Source of the DNA: Acidimicrobiaceae bacterium
GTDB lineage: Bacteria > Actinomycetota > Acidimicrobiia > Acidimicrobiales > Bog-793
Direction of reading: 5' to 3'
Length of the DNA stretch: 64,000 bases
Assembly: GCA_003136185.1 (NCBI GenBank)
Contig: PLDN01000108.1
Coordinates: 7,312 to 71,311 of the forward strand
This document shows, in pieces, positions 8,876 through 18,102 of this stretch (the first letter of the stretch is position 1; each line of letters opens with the position of its first letter). Both the position numbers and the translations under genes were made by a program. Under the pieces are notes generated by a model that saw only the letters and a program-made list of their open reading frames with translations, was not told the DNA's origin and searched no databases.

Positions 8876-10477
8876 CTACTCCTTCGAGCTGGCTTGCTCG
8901 AACTTCTCCCGCAGGGTCTCTCGGCGCTGCTGCAGCTCGCGGTAGGTGATCTCGCGGGTGTCGGCGGCCAGTCCCATCGAGGCCCGAACCCCATCGAGGT
9001 CGATAGGAGTCGATCGCACGTCCACGCCTACCTCTTCTGCGATCTGAGCGGCGTGGTGCTGCGCGAAGTAGGTCGCGATGACAGCGACCTCCCCGAGGAG
9101 GTCGATCTCGGGCGCCATGGTGGCGACGGCTCCGTCCAAGAAGAGCATGTCCTTCACGAACAGCATCAGCTCTTTCGGCATCTTCACGCCGTATGAGAGC
9201 AGCTGTTTGGTGAGATCGCGGATCTCGGCAGTCAGCTCTTCGGCCGACAGCAATGTGATGTCCTGGCTGGGCCGGTCCAAGTTGAGATCGCGGATCAAGT
9301 CCGCCGTCTCCGCGTCGGCGGGCAAAGCGCCGAGCTCTCGGAGCGCCTCGATCTGGCTCGGGATGTCGTTGGTAGTCCCGCCGACGAGGAGACGTAGGAA
9401 GGCCCGGCGCTGTGGCTCGTCGAGGCGCCCTGTGATGCCATGGTCGAGCAGTGCGACGCGTCCCGTCGGCTGCACGAACAGGTTCCCGCCGTGCAGGTCT
9501 CCGTGAAACACGCCGTAGAGCAGCGCTCCCTCCAAGAATGCGATCACGAGGCCTCGCAGGACCTCTTGGGTGGCAATGCCCGCGTCGCGCATGCCTGTCA
9601 CGTCGTCCCAGGCGTAACCCGAGAGGCTCTCCATCACGAGCATGCGCCTCGTGACGAGCGTCGGGTGCGGGCGAGGGACGATGATCGACCGTTGATTGGT
9701 GAGAGCAAGGACACGCCCGACGTCGAGCATGCTGTCGGCTTCGAGGCGGAAGTCCAGCTCTTCGACGATCGTCTCAGCAAAGAGCTCGATGAGAGCCGGA
9801 GGATTGGCGAGCGCCGATACCGGGATGCGGCCCACGAGGAACGGCGCTATGAAGCTCATGACCGCCAGGTCATGGCGTACCAGCGAAGCGACGTTCGTCC
9901 GCTGCACCTTCACGACCACTTCTTCGCCGGTCCGGAGCACGGCGCGGTGCACCTGGGCTATCGAGGCCGCTGCGATCGGTACCGGATCGAAGCTGGCGAA
10001 GGTCTGCTCAAGAGGTCCGGCGAGCTCCGCCTCGAGCGTCGCCCGCACGACCTCGAACGGCTCGGCCGGTACCCGGTCACGCAACAGCTTGAACTGCGAG
10101 ACCACTTCCTCGGGGAAGATACCGTCACCGGACGAGAGGATCTGCCCGAGCTTTATGTAGGTCGGGCCGAGATGCTGGAAGCTCACCCGGAGGCGGCTCG
10201 AGAGGCCGAGGCGGGACTTCTCGGACCCCTTTCGGCGGTCGAACAGGTACCAGAGCCCGAAGGTCCCACCGAGCACACGGGTGACCCGCGCAATGCGGCG
10301 AGTCGGAGGAAACCGGCGCCGGCGTACGAGGCGGGGTAGCTCGGCTCTTGTGCGCGCCCGGAGGGCCTCGACGTTCCGCCGCCAGGGCAGGTACTCAGGG
10401 TCGATGACGAAGGGTGCCGACTCGCTGAAGGAGTAGTCCGCTACGTCCGATGGTGGATCAGGCACGAACCCAGTCAA
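8876..10477 (-). CDS. ABC1/UbiB-family atypical protein kinase
   Basis: Motifs LGPTYIKLGQILSSGDGIFPEE, AAASIAQVHRAVL, VVKVQR, HGDLHGGNLFV. The first 139 codons of the tracked ORF overlap fabF, so the start is set at TTG 10477 (alternatively GTG 10465), just after the fabF stop at 10501. Confidence 0.85.
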   Translation of the reverse strand: MTGFVPDPPSDVADYSFSESAPFVIDPEYLPWRRNVEALRARTRAELPRLVRRRRFPPTRRIARVTRVLGGTFGLWYLFDRRKGSEKSRLGLSSRLRVSFQHLGPTYIKLGQILSSGDGIFPEEVVSQFKLLRDRVPAEPFEVVRATLEAELAGPLEQTFASFDPVPIAAASIAQVHRAVLRTGEEVVVKVQRTNVASLVRHDLAVMSFIAPFLVGRIPVSALANPPALIELFAETIVEELDFRLEADSMLDVGRVLALTNQRSIIVPRPHPTLVTRRMLVMESLSGYAWDDVTGMRDAGIATQEVLRGLVIAFLEGALLYGVFHGDLHGGNLFVQPTGRVALLDHGITGRLDEPQRRAFLRLLVGGTTNDIPSQIEALRELGALPADAETADLIRDLNLDRPSQDITLLSAEELTAEIRDLTKQLLSYGVKMPKELMLFVKDMLFLDGAVATMAPEIDLLGEVAVIATYFAQHHAAQIAEEVGVDVRSTPIDLDGVRASMGLAADTREITYRELQQRRETLREKFEQASSKE

Positions 10478-10500
10478 GCGTGCAAAGTGTCGGTGCCAGG

Positions 10501-11688
10501 TCAGTCGCGGAACGTCGCGAGGACGATCGTCCCGTTGTGACCGCCAAAACCGAAGCTGTTCGAGAGCACAGCGCCGTCCTCGAAAGGACGTGGGCCGCCT
10601 GTCACGACGTCGATGTGAATCTCGGGGTCGAGCTCCTCGAGGCCTACTGTCGGCGGGATCTGGCGCCGGTGGATCGTCAACGCGGTAGCCACGCCTTCGA
10701 TGGCGCCGGCTGCGCCGAGGGAGTGTCCGGTGACTCCCTTCAAGCTCGTCACCGGCGGCGTCGGGCTGCCGAAGAGCTTCGCGAGCGCCTCGGCCTCGGC
10801 GAGATCGTTGAGCGGTGTCGAGGTCCCGTGGGCGTTGACGTGCGTTACATCGCTCGGCGAGATCCCGGCATCCTCGAGGGCAAGCTCCATGCACGCGAGA
10901 GCGCCGGCGCCGCCGGGCAGCGGCGCAGTGATGTGATGGGCATCGGCGCTCGACGCCGCTCCCAGCACTTCTGCGTAGATGCGGGCTCCGCGAGCCTGCG
11001 CGTGACCGAGGTCTTCGAGCACTAGGGCGCCACCGCCCTCACCCATGACAAAGCCATCCCGTCTCCTGTCGAACGGCCTCGACTCACCCGAGGTCGACAG
11101 TGCTGTCATGTTCGAGAAGGCGGCCATCGCGACCGGCGTCATCGCCGCCTCCGCGCTGCCGGTCATGACCACGTCGCAGCGGCCCCAGGCGATGAGCCGG
11201 TAGGCCGCCCCGATCGAATGGGTCCCGGCTGCACAGGCCGTCACGACCGTCTCGCAAGGGCCGCGCCAACCTAAGCGCATTGAAATGGCGGCCGCCCCCG
11301 CGTTGGCCATAAGCATCGGCACGAGGAAGGGGGAGACCCGTCGAGGTCCCTTCTCGATGTGGATCTGAATCTGCTTCTCGAGCGTCTCGAGGCCACCGAC
11401 GCCCGTGCCGAAGATCACGCCGGCGCGCGCCGGATCAGGATCGAGCTCCCCTGCGTCATCGAGGGCCATCTGGGCAGCAGCGACGGAGAACTGCTGGAAG
11501 CGGTCGCCGCGCCGCGCCTGCTTCACGTCGAGCCACGGGGTCGGGTCGAAGTCGCGGACCCGCCGGTCACCTTCGGGTGCCGGTCCGTTCAGGCCCTCGA
11601 AGAACTTGTCGAGACTCATCCCGGCACAGGACACGATCCCGAGGCCGGTGACGACGACGCGCCGACGGCCACGGCGCTTGAGCTCCAT
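10501..11688 (-). CDS. fabF: 3-oxoacyl-ACP synthase II (KAS II)
   Basis: RRVVVTGLGIVS, active-site Cys context VVTACAAGTHSIG, His motifs NAHGTSTPLND and GHSLGAAGAIE. The ATG shares one nt with the acpP stop (TGATG). Confidence 0.93.
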   Translation of the reverse strand: MELKRRGRRRVVVTGLGIVSCAGMSLDKFFEGLNGPAPEGDRRVRDFDPTPWLDVKQARRGDRFQQFSVAAAQMALDDAGELDPDPARAGVIFGTGVGGLETLEKQIQIHIEKGPRRVSPFLVPMLMANAGAAAISMRLGWRGPCETVVTACAAGTHSIGAAYRLIAWGRCDVVMTGSAEAAMTPVAMAAFSNMTALSTSGESRPFDRRRDGFVMGEGGGALVLEDLGHAQARGARIYAEVLGAASSADAHHITAPLPGGAGALACMELALEDAGISPSDVTHVNAHGTSTPLNDLAEAEALAKLFGSPTPPVTSLKGVTGHSLGAAGAIEGVATALTIHRRQIPPTVGLEELDPEIHIDVVTGGPRPFEDGAVLSNSFGFGGHNGTIVLATFRD

Positions 11689-11963
11689 CAGATCTTGGAG
11701 GTCACGAGCTCGAAGGCTTGGCCGATTGTCTCGACACCCTCGAGCTCTGTCTCCTCGACCGTGATGTCGAATGCCTCTTCGAGCGCCATCACGAGCTCGA
11801 CCACTTCGAGGCTGTCCGCTTCGAGGTCATCGGAGAAACGGGCGTCAAGCGTGATCTTCTCGGCCGGCACCTGGAGTACCTCGACTGCACAGCTCTTGAA
11901 CTTCTCGAACGCGGCTTCGTTCTCCACGCTTCGGTCACCTTTCATGTCGCGGCCGGCGCTCAT
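11688..11963 (-). CDS. acpP: Acyl carrier protein
   Basis: Phosphopantetheine attachment motif LEADSLEVVELVMALEEAFD. Start ATG 11963 (MSAGRD...) or ATG 11945. It lies between fabG and fabF. Confidence 0.9.
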   Translation of the reverse strand: MSAGRDMKGDRSVENEAAFEKFKSCAVEVLQVPAEKITLDARFSDDLEADSLEVVELVMALEEAFDITVEETELEGVETIGQAFELVTSKI

Positions 11964-11991
11964 CGCGCCGGACCGTGGGTCGGTTAGCTCT

Positions 11992-12735
11992 CTAGTGTCC
12001 CATCCCGAGGCCACCGTCTACGGGGATGACGGCTCCGGTCACGTACGCGGATGCGTCGGCGGCAAGCCACGCTACGACGTTCGCGACCTCTTCGGGTTCA
12101 GCCGCTCGCCCGAGGGGCACCATCTGAGTCAAAGCAGCGATGCGGTCGTCGGGGAGACCGGCGATCATATCGGTCGCTACCACTCCCGGAGCCACGACGT
12201 TGACCGTGATGTTGCGACCTGCGAGCTCGCGGGCAAGCGACCTCCCAAAGCCGACGAGGGCTGCCTTCGAGGCGGCGTAGTTCGTCTGGCCTGCCGAGCC
12301 GAGGTAGGCGACGACGGACGACAAAAGCACGATCCGCCCGTAGCGCGCCCTCACCATCCGAGCCGATGCCCGCTTGGTCGCCCGGAACACGGCCGTCAGG
12401 TTGGTGTCGATCACTCGCGCCCACTTCTCCTCCGACATCCGCAACAGCAATGTGTCGTCAGTGATGCCGGCCGAGCAGACGAGCACCTCGACATTTCCGA
12501 GGGCGGCTTCGACCTCGTCAAAGGCTCGGTCGATTTCCGCCGTCGAATTCACGTCGCAGCGAACGGGCAAGAGCGGGATCGAGCCCTCCGGCCCGTCGAG
12601 GGCATTAGGAGCCTCGCTTTTCCATGTGATCGCTACCTGATAACCATCGGCCTGCAGTCGCCGGGCACACGCGAGCCCGATCCCCCTCGAGCCTCCCGTG
12701 ACGAGGACGACCCTGCCATCGCTCACTGGCCCCAC
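11992..12735 (-). CDS. fabG: 3-oxoacyl-ACP reductase (SDR)
   Basis: VLVTGGSRGIG cofactor motif, NYAASKAA catalytic YxxxK, 247 aa, inside the FAS-II operon. Confidence 0.9.
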   Translation of the reverse strand: MGPVSDGRVVLVTGGSRGIGLACARRLQADGYQVAITWKSEAPNALDGPEGSIPLLPVRCDVNSTAEIDRAFDEVEAALGNVEVLVCSAGITDDTLLLRMSEEKWARVIDTNLTAVFRATKRASARMVRARYGRIVLLSSVVAYLGSAGQTNYAASKAALVGFGRSLARELAGRNITVNVVAPGVVATDMIAGLPDDRIAALTQMVPLGRAAEPEEVANVVAWLAADASAYVTGAVIPVDGGLGMGH

Positions 12736-13688
12736 CTGACGACCGCGCTCGCCCAGGTCATGCCCGCGCCGAAGCCCGAGAAGAGGATGAGATCACCGTC
12801 AGAGAGCCGGCCTGCGTCGGCTGCCGCGGCAAGGGCGATCGGGATCGAGGCCGACGAGGTGTTGCCCGTCTTGTCGAGGACGATCGCGGTGCGATCCTGC
12901 GGGATCCCGAGTCGTTGGGTCATTGCGTCAATGATTCGCTGGTTCGCCTGGTGGGGCACGAACAGCGCGATCTCGTCGGCGGTTACACCTGCCTGATCAA
13001 GAACCTTCAACGCCGACTCGACGGTCGCCCGGACCGCTCGCCGAAAGACCTCCCGGCCCTCCATCTTCATGAATCCGCCGTGGTCGCAGTAAAGGATCGA
13101 CAAGAGCGAGCCGTCGAGGCCGAGGTCGCTTGCGAGGATCAGCGGCTGGGCGTCGTCACGATGCTCGAAGACGACTGCGCCGGCTCCGTCGGCGAACAAC
13201 ACCGCCGTCGCGCGGTCCTCCATGTCGGTGATGACCGAGAGGGTTTCCGAGCCGATCACGAGCGCACGCTTGAATCCGATACCGGCCCCGAGCATCGCGT
13301 CAGCCACGACCGTGGCGTAAACGTAACCAGCGCACGCCGTGTTCAGGTCGAAGGCAGCGCCCGAGCAGCCAAGCTGGGCATGGACGGTCGAGGAGGTTGC
13401 AGGGATTGCCTTGTCGGGCGTCGTCGTCGCGAGGATCAGGAGGTCTATCTCGCTTGGTGCGAGGCCCGCCATGGTGATAGCGGCCGCGCCCGCCTCGACG
13501 GCAAGGCCGGAGGTCGTCCCACCAAAACGACGCTCGTGGATTCCGGTCCGTTCGACGATCCAGGTATCGGTCGTCTCGAGGCGAGCCTCGAACTCGGCGT
13601 TGGTGACAACCTTCTCGGGCAGGGCTGTGCCCCATCCCGTGATGACCGATCCGCTCACTTTGACCCCTCTTCTGTCGCGCGAAGCCAT
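12723..13688 (-). CDS. fabH: 3-oxoacyl-ACP synthase III (KAS III)
   Basis: Catalytic Cys context NTACAGYVYA, VPHQANQRII, GNTSSASIPIAL, GFGAGMTW. The start may be GTG 13664 (VKVSGSVITGWG). Confidence 0.9.
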   Translation of the reverse strand: MASRDRRGVKVSGSVITGWGTALPEKVVTNAEFEARLETTDTWIVERTGIHERRFGGTTSGLAVEAGAAAITMAGLAPSEIDLLILATTTPDKAIPATSSTVHAQLGCSGAAFDLNTACAGYVYATVVADAMLGAGIGFKRALVIGSETLSVITDMEDRATAVLFADGAGAVVFEHRDDAQPLILASDLGLDGSLLSILYCDHGGFMKMEGREVFRRAVRATVESALKVLDQAGVTADEIALFVPHQANQRIIDAMTQRLGIPQDRTAIVLDKTGNTSSASIPIALAAAADAGRLSDGDLILFSGFGAGMTWASAVVRWGQ

Positions 13689-14890
13689 GCAACGGGCTGT
13701 CCCGAGGTCACGCGCTCGCCCGGGAGGACGAGGACGCCTTCGACCGACCCTGCGAAGGCAGAGCGGATCTCCGTCATACCCACGTGGCCCACGAGATCTC
13801 CGACGGCGATGATCACCGAGTCTCTCGCGCCGCCGCGGCCGGGCGTCAGGGACTGAAGGCCGTCGGCGACCGCGAAGAGGCCGGCGGCAGGTGACAGGAC
13901 CAACCGCTCGTCCATGTTGAACCGCTCACCTGATCGTTGGTCGGCGCCAGAGTCGAGGATTGAGTTGTGCCCGGCCAGCACTTCTACGAGGCGCTGGAGA
14001 TCATCCGGGGTGGATACCGAGACGGCGATCGTCTCGGCAGTCGGGATAAGCCGCCTCGCGAGGCTAGTGAGCACGCCGCCGGGGCCGAGCTCGACGAACG
14101 TCTGTGCGCCCTCGTTGAGGAGCGCTTCGATCGTCTGTCTCCACCTGACCGGGCTGCAGAGCTGAGCCGAGAGGAGGCCGGGCCAGTCCGCCGCCGCGGG
14201 ATGAGGCCTCGCGTCGACATTCGCGATCACCACCGGCTCGGGATCGCGGAACGTCACGTCGGCAAGAGCCTTGCGGAGGCGATCGCGGGCCGGGCTCATC
14301 ATCGGAGTGTGGAAGGCGCCCCCGACCGGGATCGGCAGGACCTTCTTCGCGCCGAGCTCCTTCGCCAGCCGGCCGGCCTCGGCCACCGCCTCCGCCGATC
14401 CCGCGATCACGACCTGACCGGTCCCGTTGTAGTTGGCCACCCATGCGTCGCCCTCGGCCCGCAGGCAAGCCGATTCGACGCCGTCGTCGTCGAGCCCGAG
14501 CACTGCTGCCATCGTGCCGGGGGACTCTTCGGCGGCCTCTTGCATGGCTGCGCCTCGTTCGGCGACGAGATGGAGGGCCGACTCCAGGTCGACAGCTCCC
14601 GATGCTACGAGCGCTGAGTACTCACCGAGGCTGTGACCAGCACATACGCCCGGCTCGAGGCCGAGCCGCTCGGCGGCGTCGAGGACTACGAGGCTCATCA
14701 CGAACGTAGCGACCTGAGCGTTGTCCGTCCGGGTCAAGGTGGCCTGGTCGGCCTCGAGGATGAGCTCGGCGACGTCGCGGCCTGTTATCTCGGACGCGGC
14801 ATCGACAAGCTCGAAAGACGGATGATCCTGCCAGGGCGCGCCCATACCCGGGCGCTGAGAGCCCTGTCCGGGAAACGTAAACGCGAGCAC
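13655..14890 (-). CDS. fabD: Malonyl-CoA:ACP transacylase fused to a C-terminal biotinyl/lipoyl-like hybrid-barrel domain lacking the modifiable Lys
   Basis: FabD motifs FTFPGQGSQRPGMG, GHSLGEYSALV, GAFHTPMM in residues 1-~310. An extra 84-aa C-terminus (nt 13658-13909) reads VLSPAAGLF...VGDLVGHVGMTEIRSAFAGSVEGVLVLPGERVTSGQPVAWL. It follows the BCCP/lipoyl pattern, with MTEI where AMKM would sit. GGGAGGAG Shine-Dalgarno before GTG 14890. Confidence 0.9.
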   Translation of the reverse strand: MLAFTFPGQGSQRPGMGAPWQDHPSFELVDAASEITGRDVAELILEADQATLTRTDNAQVATFVMSLVVLDAAERLGLEPGVCAGHSLGEYSALVASGAVDLESALHLVAERGAAMQEAAEESPGTMAAVLGLDDDGVESACLRAEGDAWVANYNGTGQVVIAGSAEAVAEAGRLAKELGAKKVLPIPVGGAFHTPMMSPARDRLRKALADVTFRDPEPVVIANVDARPHPAAADWPGLLSAQLCSPVRWRQTIEALLNEGAQTFVELGPGGVLTSLARRLIPTAETIAVSVSTPDDLQRLVEVLAGHNSILDSGADQRSGERFNMDERLVLSPAAGLFAVADGLQSLTPGRGGARDSVIIAVGDLVGHVGMTEIRSAFAGSVEGVLVLPGERVTSGQPVAWLRATEEGSK

Positions 14891-15002
14891 CCTGCTCCTC
14901 CCTGTTCCGCCCCCGGCCCCGTCGGTCCGGATGCGGGCGTCCTTTCGAAGTCTGACCCGCGCGAGGGCCGATTGGTTACTTCCTCCCGCTGAGCTGCCAT
15001 TA

Positions 15003-15809
15003 CTAGCTCACTTCGTATGAGATCTCCGCCCGAAGCGGAAGATGGTCCGAGTTGCCCAACCGGGCGACGCTGCCGGAGAGCACCTTCACCGGCGGCGTGA
15101 CGAAGAGGTGGTCGAGCTGGTGGCGAGGCCGCTGCGACGGCCAGGTCTTGCCCAGCGCCGCCCGATGCCATCCCGGGAGCGCGAGGGAGATCGGTGGGCC
15201 CCAGAAATTCATGTCGCCCCCGAGTACTGCCGGCATGTCCCGCGGCGGCAATGCCGCGTAGAGCCGGCGAAGATGCAATGGGGAGCCATGTGTGGAGTGC
15301 GCCATGTGCGTGCCCACGACCTGCAGCCCGCTTGCAAGGGTGACCGAAAGAGCGGCGCGGGCTGTGAAGTCCCTCCGGAGATGCCCGAGCTCGATCGTCC
15401 GCGAGGAGACCGGGGACCCGCGAGTGAGCACGGCGAGCCCCCAGGTTCCCTCCTCGTACCCGGCATTCTCTGAATCGCCTGCACGGATATAGCGCCCGAC
15501 GCGAAGCGCTCGCCCTGCGCGGGGATAGGGCTTGTGTGGTTCCCAGAGATCAGTGTCGCCGACGCCGGCGGGCAGCTCGTCGCGCGTCCGCCAGGAGCGT
15601 GAGAGAGGAAGCTCGAGAGCCTCGTATCCAAGAGCAGAGGCGATCTCAGCCGCCTGACTCGTCGCGCCCACAGGGGCGAACACCTCTTGCAGGATCAGGA
15701 CGTCGGCCCCGAGGGAGCGACACGCCTCGATCAGGTCGTAACGCCGGCCAAACCCGTCCATGCCGGCGTGAACGTTGAAGGTCGCCACGATAAGTCGCGT
15801 CTCGCCCAT
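15003..15809 (-). CDS. Endonuclease/exonuclease/phosphatase (EEP) family protein
   Basis: From ATG 15809: MGETRLIVATFNVHAGMDG..., LILQEV, GGDMNFWG, SDHLPLRAEI. The upstream 323 codons of the 592-aa tracked ORF run antisense through a tRNA and the ECF gene, so I discard them. Confidence 0.8.
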   Translation of the reverse strand: MGETRLIVATFNVHAGMDGFGRRYDLIEACRSLGADVLILQEVFAPVGATSQAAEIASALGYEALELPLSRSWRTRDELPAGVGDTDLWEPHKPYPRAGRALRVGRYIRAGDSENAGYEEGTWGLAVLTRGSPVSSRTIELGHLRRDFTARAALSVTLASGLQVVGTHMAHSTHGSPLHLRRLYAALPPRDMPAVLGGDMNFWGPPISLALPGWHRAALGKTWPSQRPRHQLDHLFVTPPVKVLSGSVARLGNSDHLPLRAEISYEVS

Positions 15810-15859
15810 GGAGCGCGCAACGGTAATCGCTCGATATCGGACTCTGCAGTGTTGCTCTG

Positions 15860-15942
<83 letters not shown>

Positions 15943-15999
15943 TTGGCGAAGAGCGTACCTGCAGCACGGCACCGGTGACGATCTGCAAGCCTGATCGGA

Positions 16000-18102
16000 A
16001 TGCAATGGCGCCGGAACGAGTCGGTAATACATGGGCCTCTCCGCCCTGGCGAGCTAGCCGAGGTCGCAGTCCTCGGCGACCTCGCGCTCGTGCTCGAGGT
16101 GATCGGCTGGTTCGCACCGCTCGGTGGCGCCTTCCAGGCTCTTGCGATCGTGCCGTTCGCCGTTCTCTCTTCGCGGCATCGTCTGCGGGCGGGAGTGATC
16201 GCGGTGGTGAGTGCCGCGTCGGTGGCGTTTCTCATCGGAGGCATCGGCATCGTGCTCCAGACGGCACTCGCCGGGTCGGTTGGCCTCTCGATCGGGACGA
16301 CCTTCCGTCGCAGGTGGACTTCAGGCGTGTCGGTCGCGATAACGCTCCTCGTCGCCGGCGTGCCGATCGCAATCGTGAGCGACTTCGTGGACTGGATCTC
16401 GCCAGGATTCCGCCGCCTCAGCTTCGCCCAGGTCAGGCTGTTGTGGCGGGACGTTGTGCGAGTGCTCGACGGTTTAGGGATGTCGCAGGCGGCAGCCAAC
16501 GGCACGCACACCTTGAACGTTGCGACCACCAACTGGTGGATCACGATCCCGGTCGTGGAGTTAGCCGCCGTCTTGTTGGTGGCGGCGCTTTGTCTGAGGA
16601 TCCGGCCGTTTCTTCTTGCGCTCACGAAGACCTCGCTGGCTCCATACACCGGTGGCCTCGCCGAGCGCGCCGCAGGGGTGGAGGGCCCGATCGCGCCGGT
16701 GCCGGCTCGGGTTGAAGGAGTCTGGTTCCGGTATCCGGAGGCTAGAACCGACGCTTTGTCCGGGGTGGACCTCGAAGTCAAAGGAGGTGCGCTCGTCGCG
16801 TTGGTCGGACCGAATGGATCGGGGAAGTCGACGCTCGTCCGGGTGATCGCCGGACGACTCGACCCGGTGATCGGCCGTGTCGATCGACCCGGTCGGCCTG
16901 GTTACGGAGAACGCGGTGGGACGGCCATGGTCTTCCAGCGTCCCGAGAGCCAGGTTCTTGGTGTCAGGGTTAGAGACGACTTGTGGTGGGGACTCGAGAC
17001 AGGCGCACGGCCCCCGATCGGCCCCCTGCTCGGGTTGGTGGGGCTCGAGGGCTTCGAGGAGCGGGAGACGGCCACGCTCTCCGGCGGCGAGCTGCAACGC
17101 CTTGCGATCGCTGCGGCTCTCGCGCGCGAGCCCAAGCTCGTCATCTCGGACGAGGCGACGGCGATGCTCGACGCGGAGGGGCGAGCCGACATCATGGCGC
17201 TGCTGGAGCGACTGCGCGATCAGGGACTCGCGGTCGTCCACGTGACGCACCGGATGGCCGAGACGCGGGTGGCTGATGTCGTGGCGGAGATGCGGCAAGG
17301 ACGGGTCGTGTCTATCGGGAGTCCGGCGGATTCCGGCGCCGCTCCGACGACCGGAGAAACGGTCGTCGGACTCGCCCCCAGATCCGCGGGCGGACCCGGA
17401 GGCCGCCCCGGGCCACAGCAAGGGGAGAGGCTGGGGGAGCGGGAGCGGCCGTTTCCTCTTGTGAGTTTGCGGGGGGTGGGTTACGAGTACGCGGCGGGGT
17501 CGCCTTGGGCCAAGCGGGCTCTGCAGGGAGTCGATCTCGACCTCGGGACCGGGGAAGGCGTCGTCGTCACGGGAGCGAACGGCTCGGGCAAGACGACCCT
17601 GGCGTGGATCCTCGGTGGGTTGATGGCTCCGTCGGAAGGCCGGGCCTATATCGGCGGCAGCCCGATCGATGCTGCACCTGGTCGCGTAGGAGTCGCCTTC
17701 CAACACGCCAGGCTCCAGCTGCTCAAGCCGTGGGTACTGGCTGACGTTGCCGCTGGCGCGAGTGACGACGCCGCCCGCGACGCCTTGAGGGCCGTCGCCC
17801 TCGATCCCTACGAGATCGGTCCGCGGAGGGTCGACGATCTCTCGGGCGGTGAGCAGAGGAGGGTAGCTCTTGCAGGGCTCCTGGTACGCCGCCCCGACTT
17901 GCTGGTTCTCGACGAGCCCTATGCCGGCCTCGACGACGAGGCGCGCTTGGCCCTCGCCTCGGTGCTGCGAGACCTTCGGCTGAACCACGGCATCGCGACC
18001 GTGGTCGTGTCGCACGATCTCGACAACGCCGAGATGCTCGGGGAGCGCCTCGTCAGACTGGAAGCGGGCTCCGTCGTAGGCGAGGAGCTCATCGCATGGT
18101 GA
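16000..18102 (+). CDS. ECF-type transporter fusion: N-terminal multi-pass membrane domain plus two ABC ATPase domains (EcfA-EcfA')
   Basis: Residues 1-~230 form 5-6 hydrophobic helices. ATPase 1 has [37 protein letters not shown]. ATPase 2 has GANGSGKTTLA, LSGGEQRRVALAGLL, LVLDEPYAGLD. The size and architecture recall mycobacterial Rv2326c-type proteins (from memory). Confidence 0.85.
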   Translation: MQWRRNESVIHGPLRPGELAEVAVLGDLALVLEVIGWFAPLGGAFQALAIVPFAVLSSRHRLRAGVIAVVSAASVAFLIGGIGIVLQTALAGSVGLSIGTTFRRRWTSGVSVAITLLVAGVPIAIVSDFVDWISPGFRRLSFAQVRLLWRDVVRVLDGLGMSQAAANGTHTLNVATTNWWITIPVVELAAVLLVAALCLRIRPFLLALTKTSLAPYTGGLAERAAGVEGPIAPVPARVEGVWFRYPEARTDALSGVDLEVKGGALVALVGPNGSGKSTLVRVIAGRLDPVIGRVDRPGRPGYGERGGTAMVFQRPESQVLGVRVRDDLWWGLETGARPPIGPLLGLVGLEGFEERETATLSGGELQRLAIAAALAREPKLVISDEATAMLDAEGRADIMALLERLRDQGLAVVHVTHRMAETRVADVVAEMRQGRVVSIGSPADSGAAPTTGETVVGLAPRSAGGPGGRPGPQQGERLGERERPFPLVSLRGVGYEYAAGSPWAKRALQGVDLDLGTGEGVVVTGANGSGKTTLAWILGGLMAPSEGRAYIGGSPIDAAPGRVGVAFQHARLQLLKPWVLADVAAGASDDAARDALRAVALDPYEIGPRRVDDLSGGEQRRVALAGLLVRRPDLLVLDEPYAGLDDEARLALASVLRDLRLNHGIATVVVSHDLDNAEMLGERLVRLEAGSVVGEELIAW

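Noticed and set aside
10478-10894. N-terminal 139 codons of the UbiB ORF
   Set aside because: They overlap the fabF 3' end, are Arg-rich, and precede the region where UbiB-family similarity starts.
16561-18015. 484-aa minus-strand ORF, and similar long antisense ORFs (e.g. 40674-41528, 44557-45954, 45623-46621, 46009-47049, 60219-61559)
   Set aside because: These are typical high-GC shadow ORFs opposite genes with unambiguous motifs (ABC ATPases, the FAD enzyme, the acyltransferase, coaE, pgk). Their translations are Arg/Pro/Gly-rich with no motifs.
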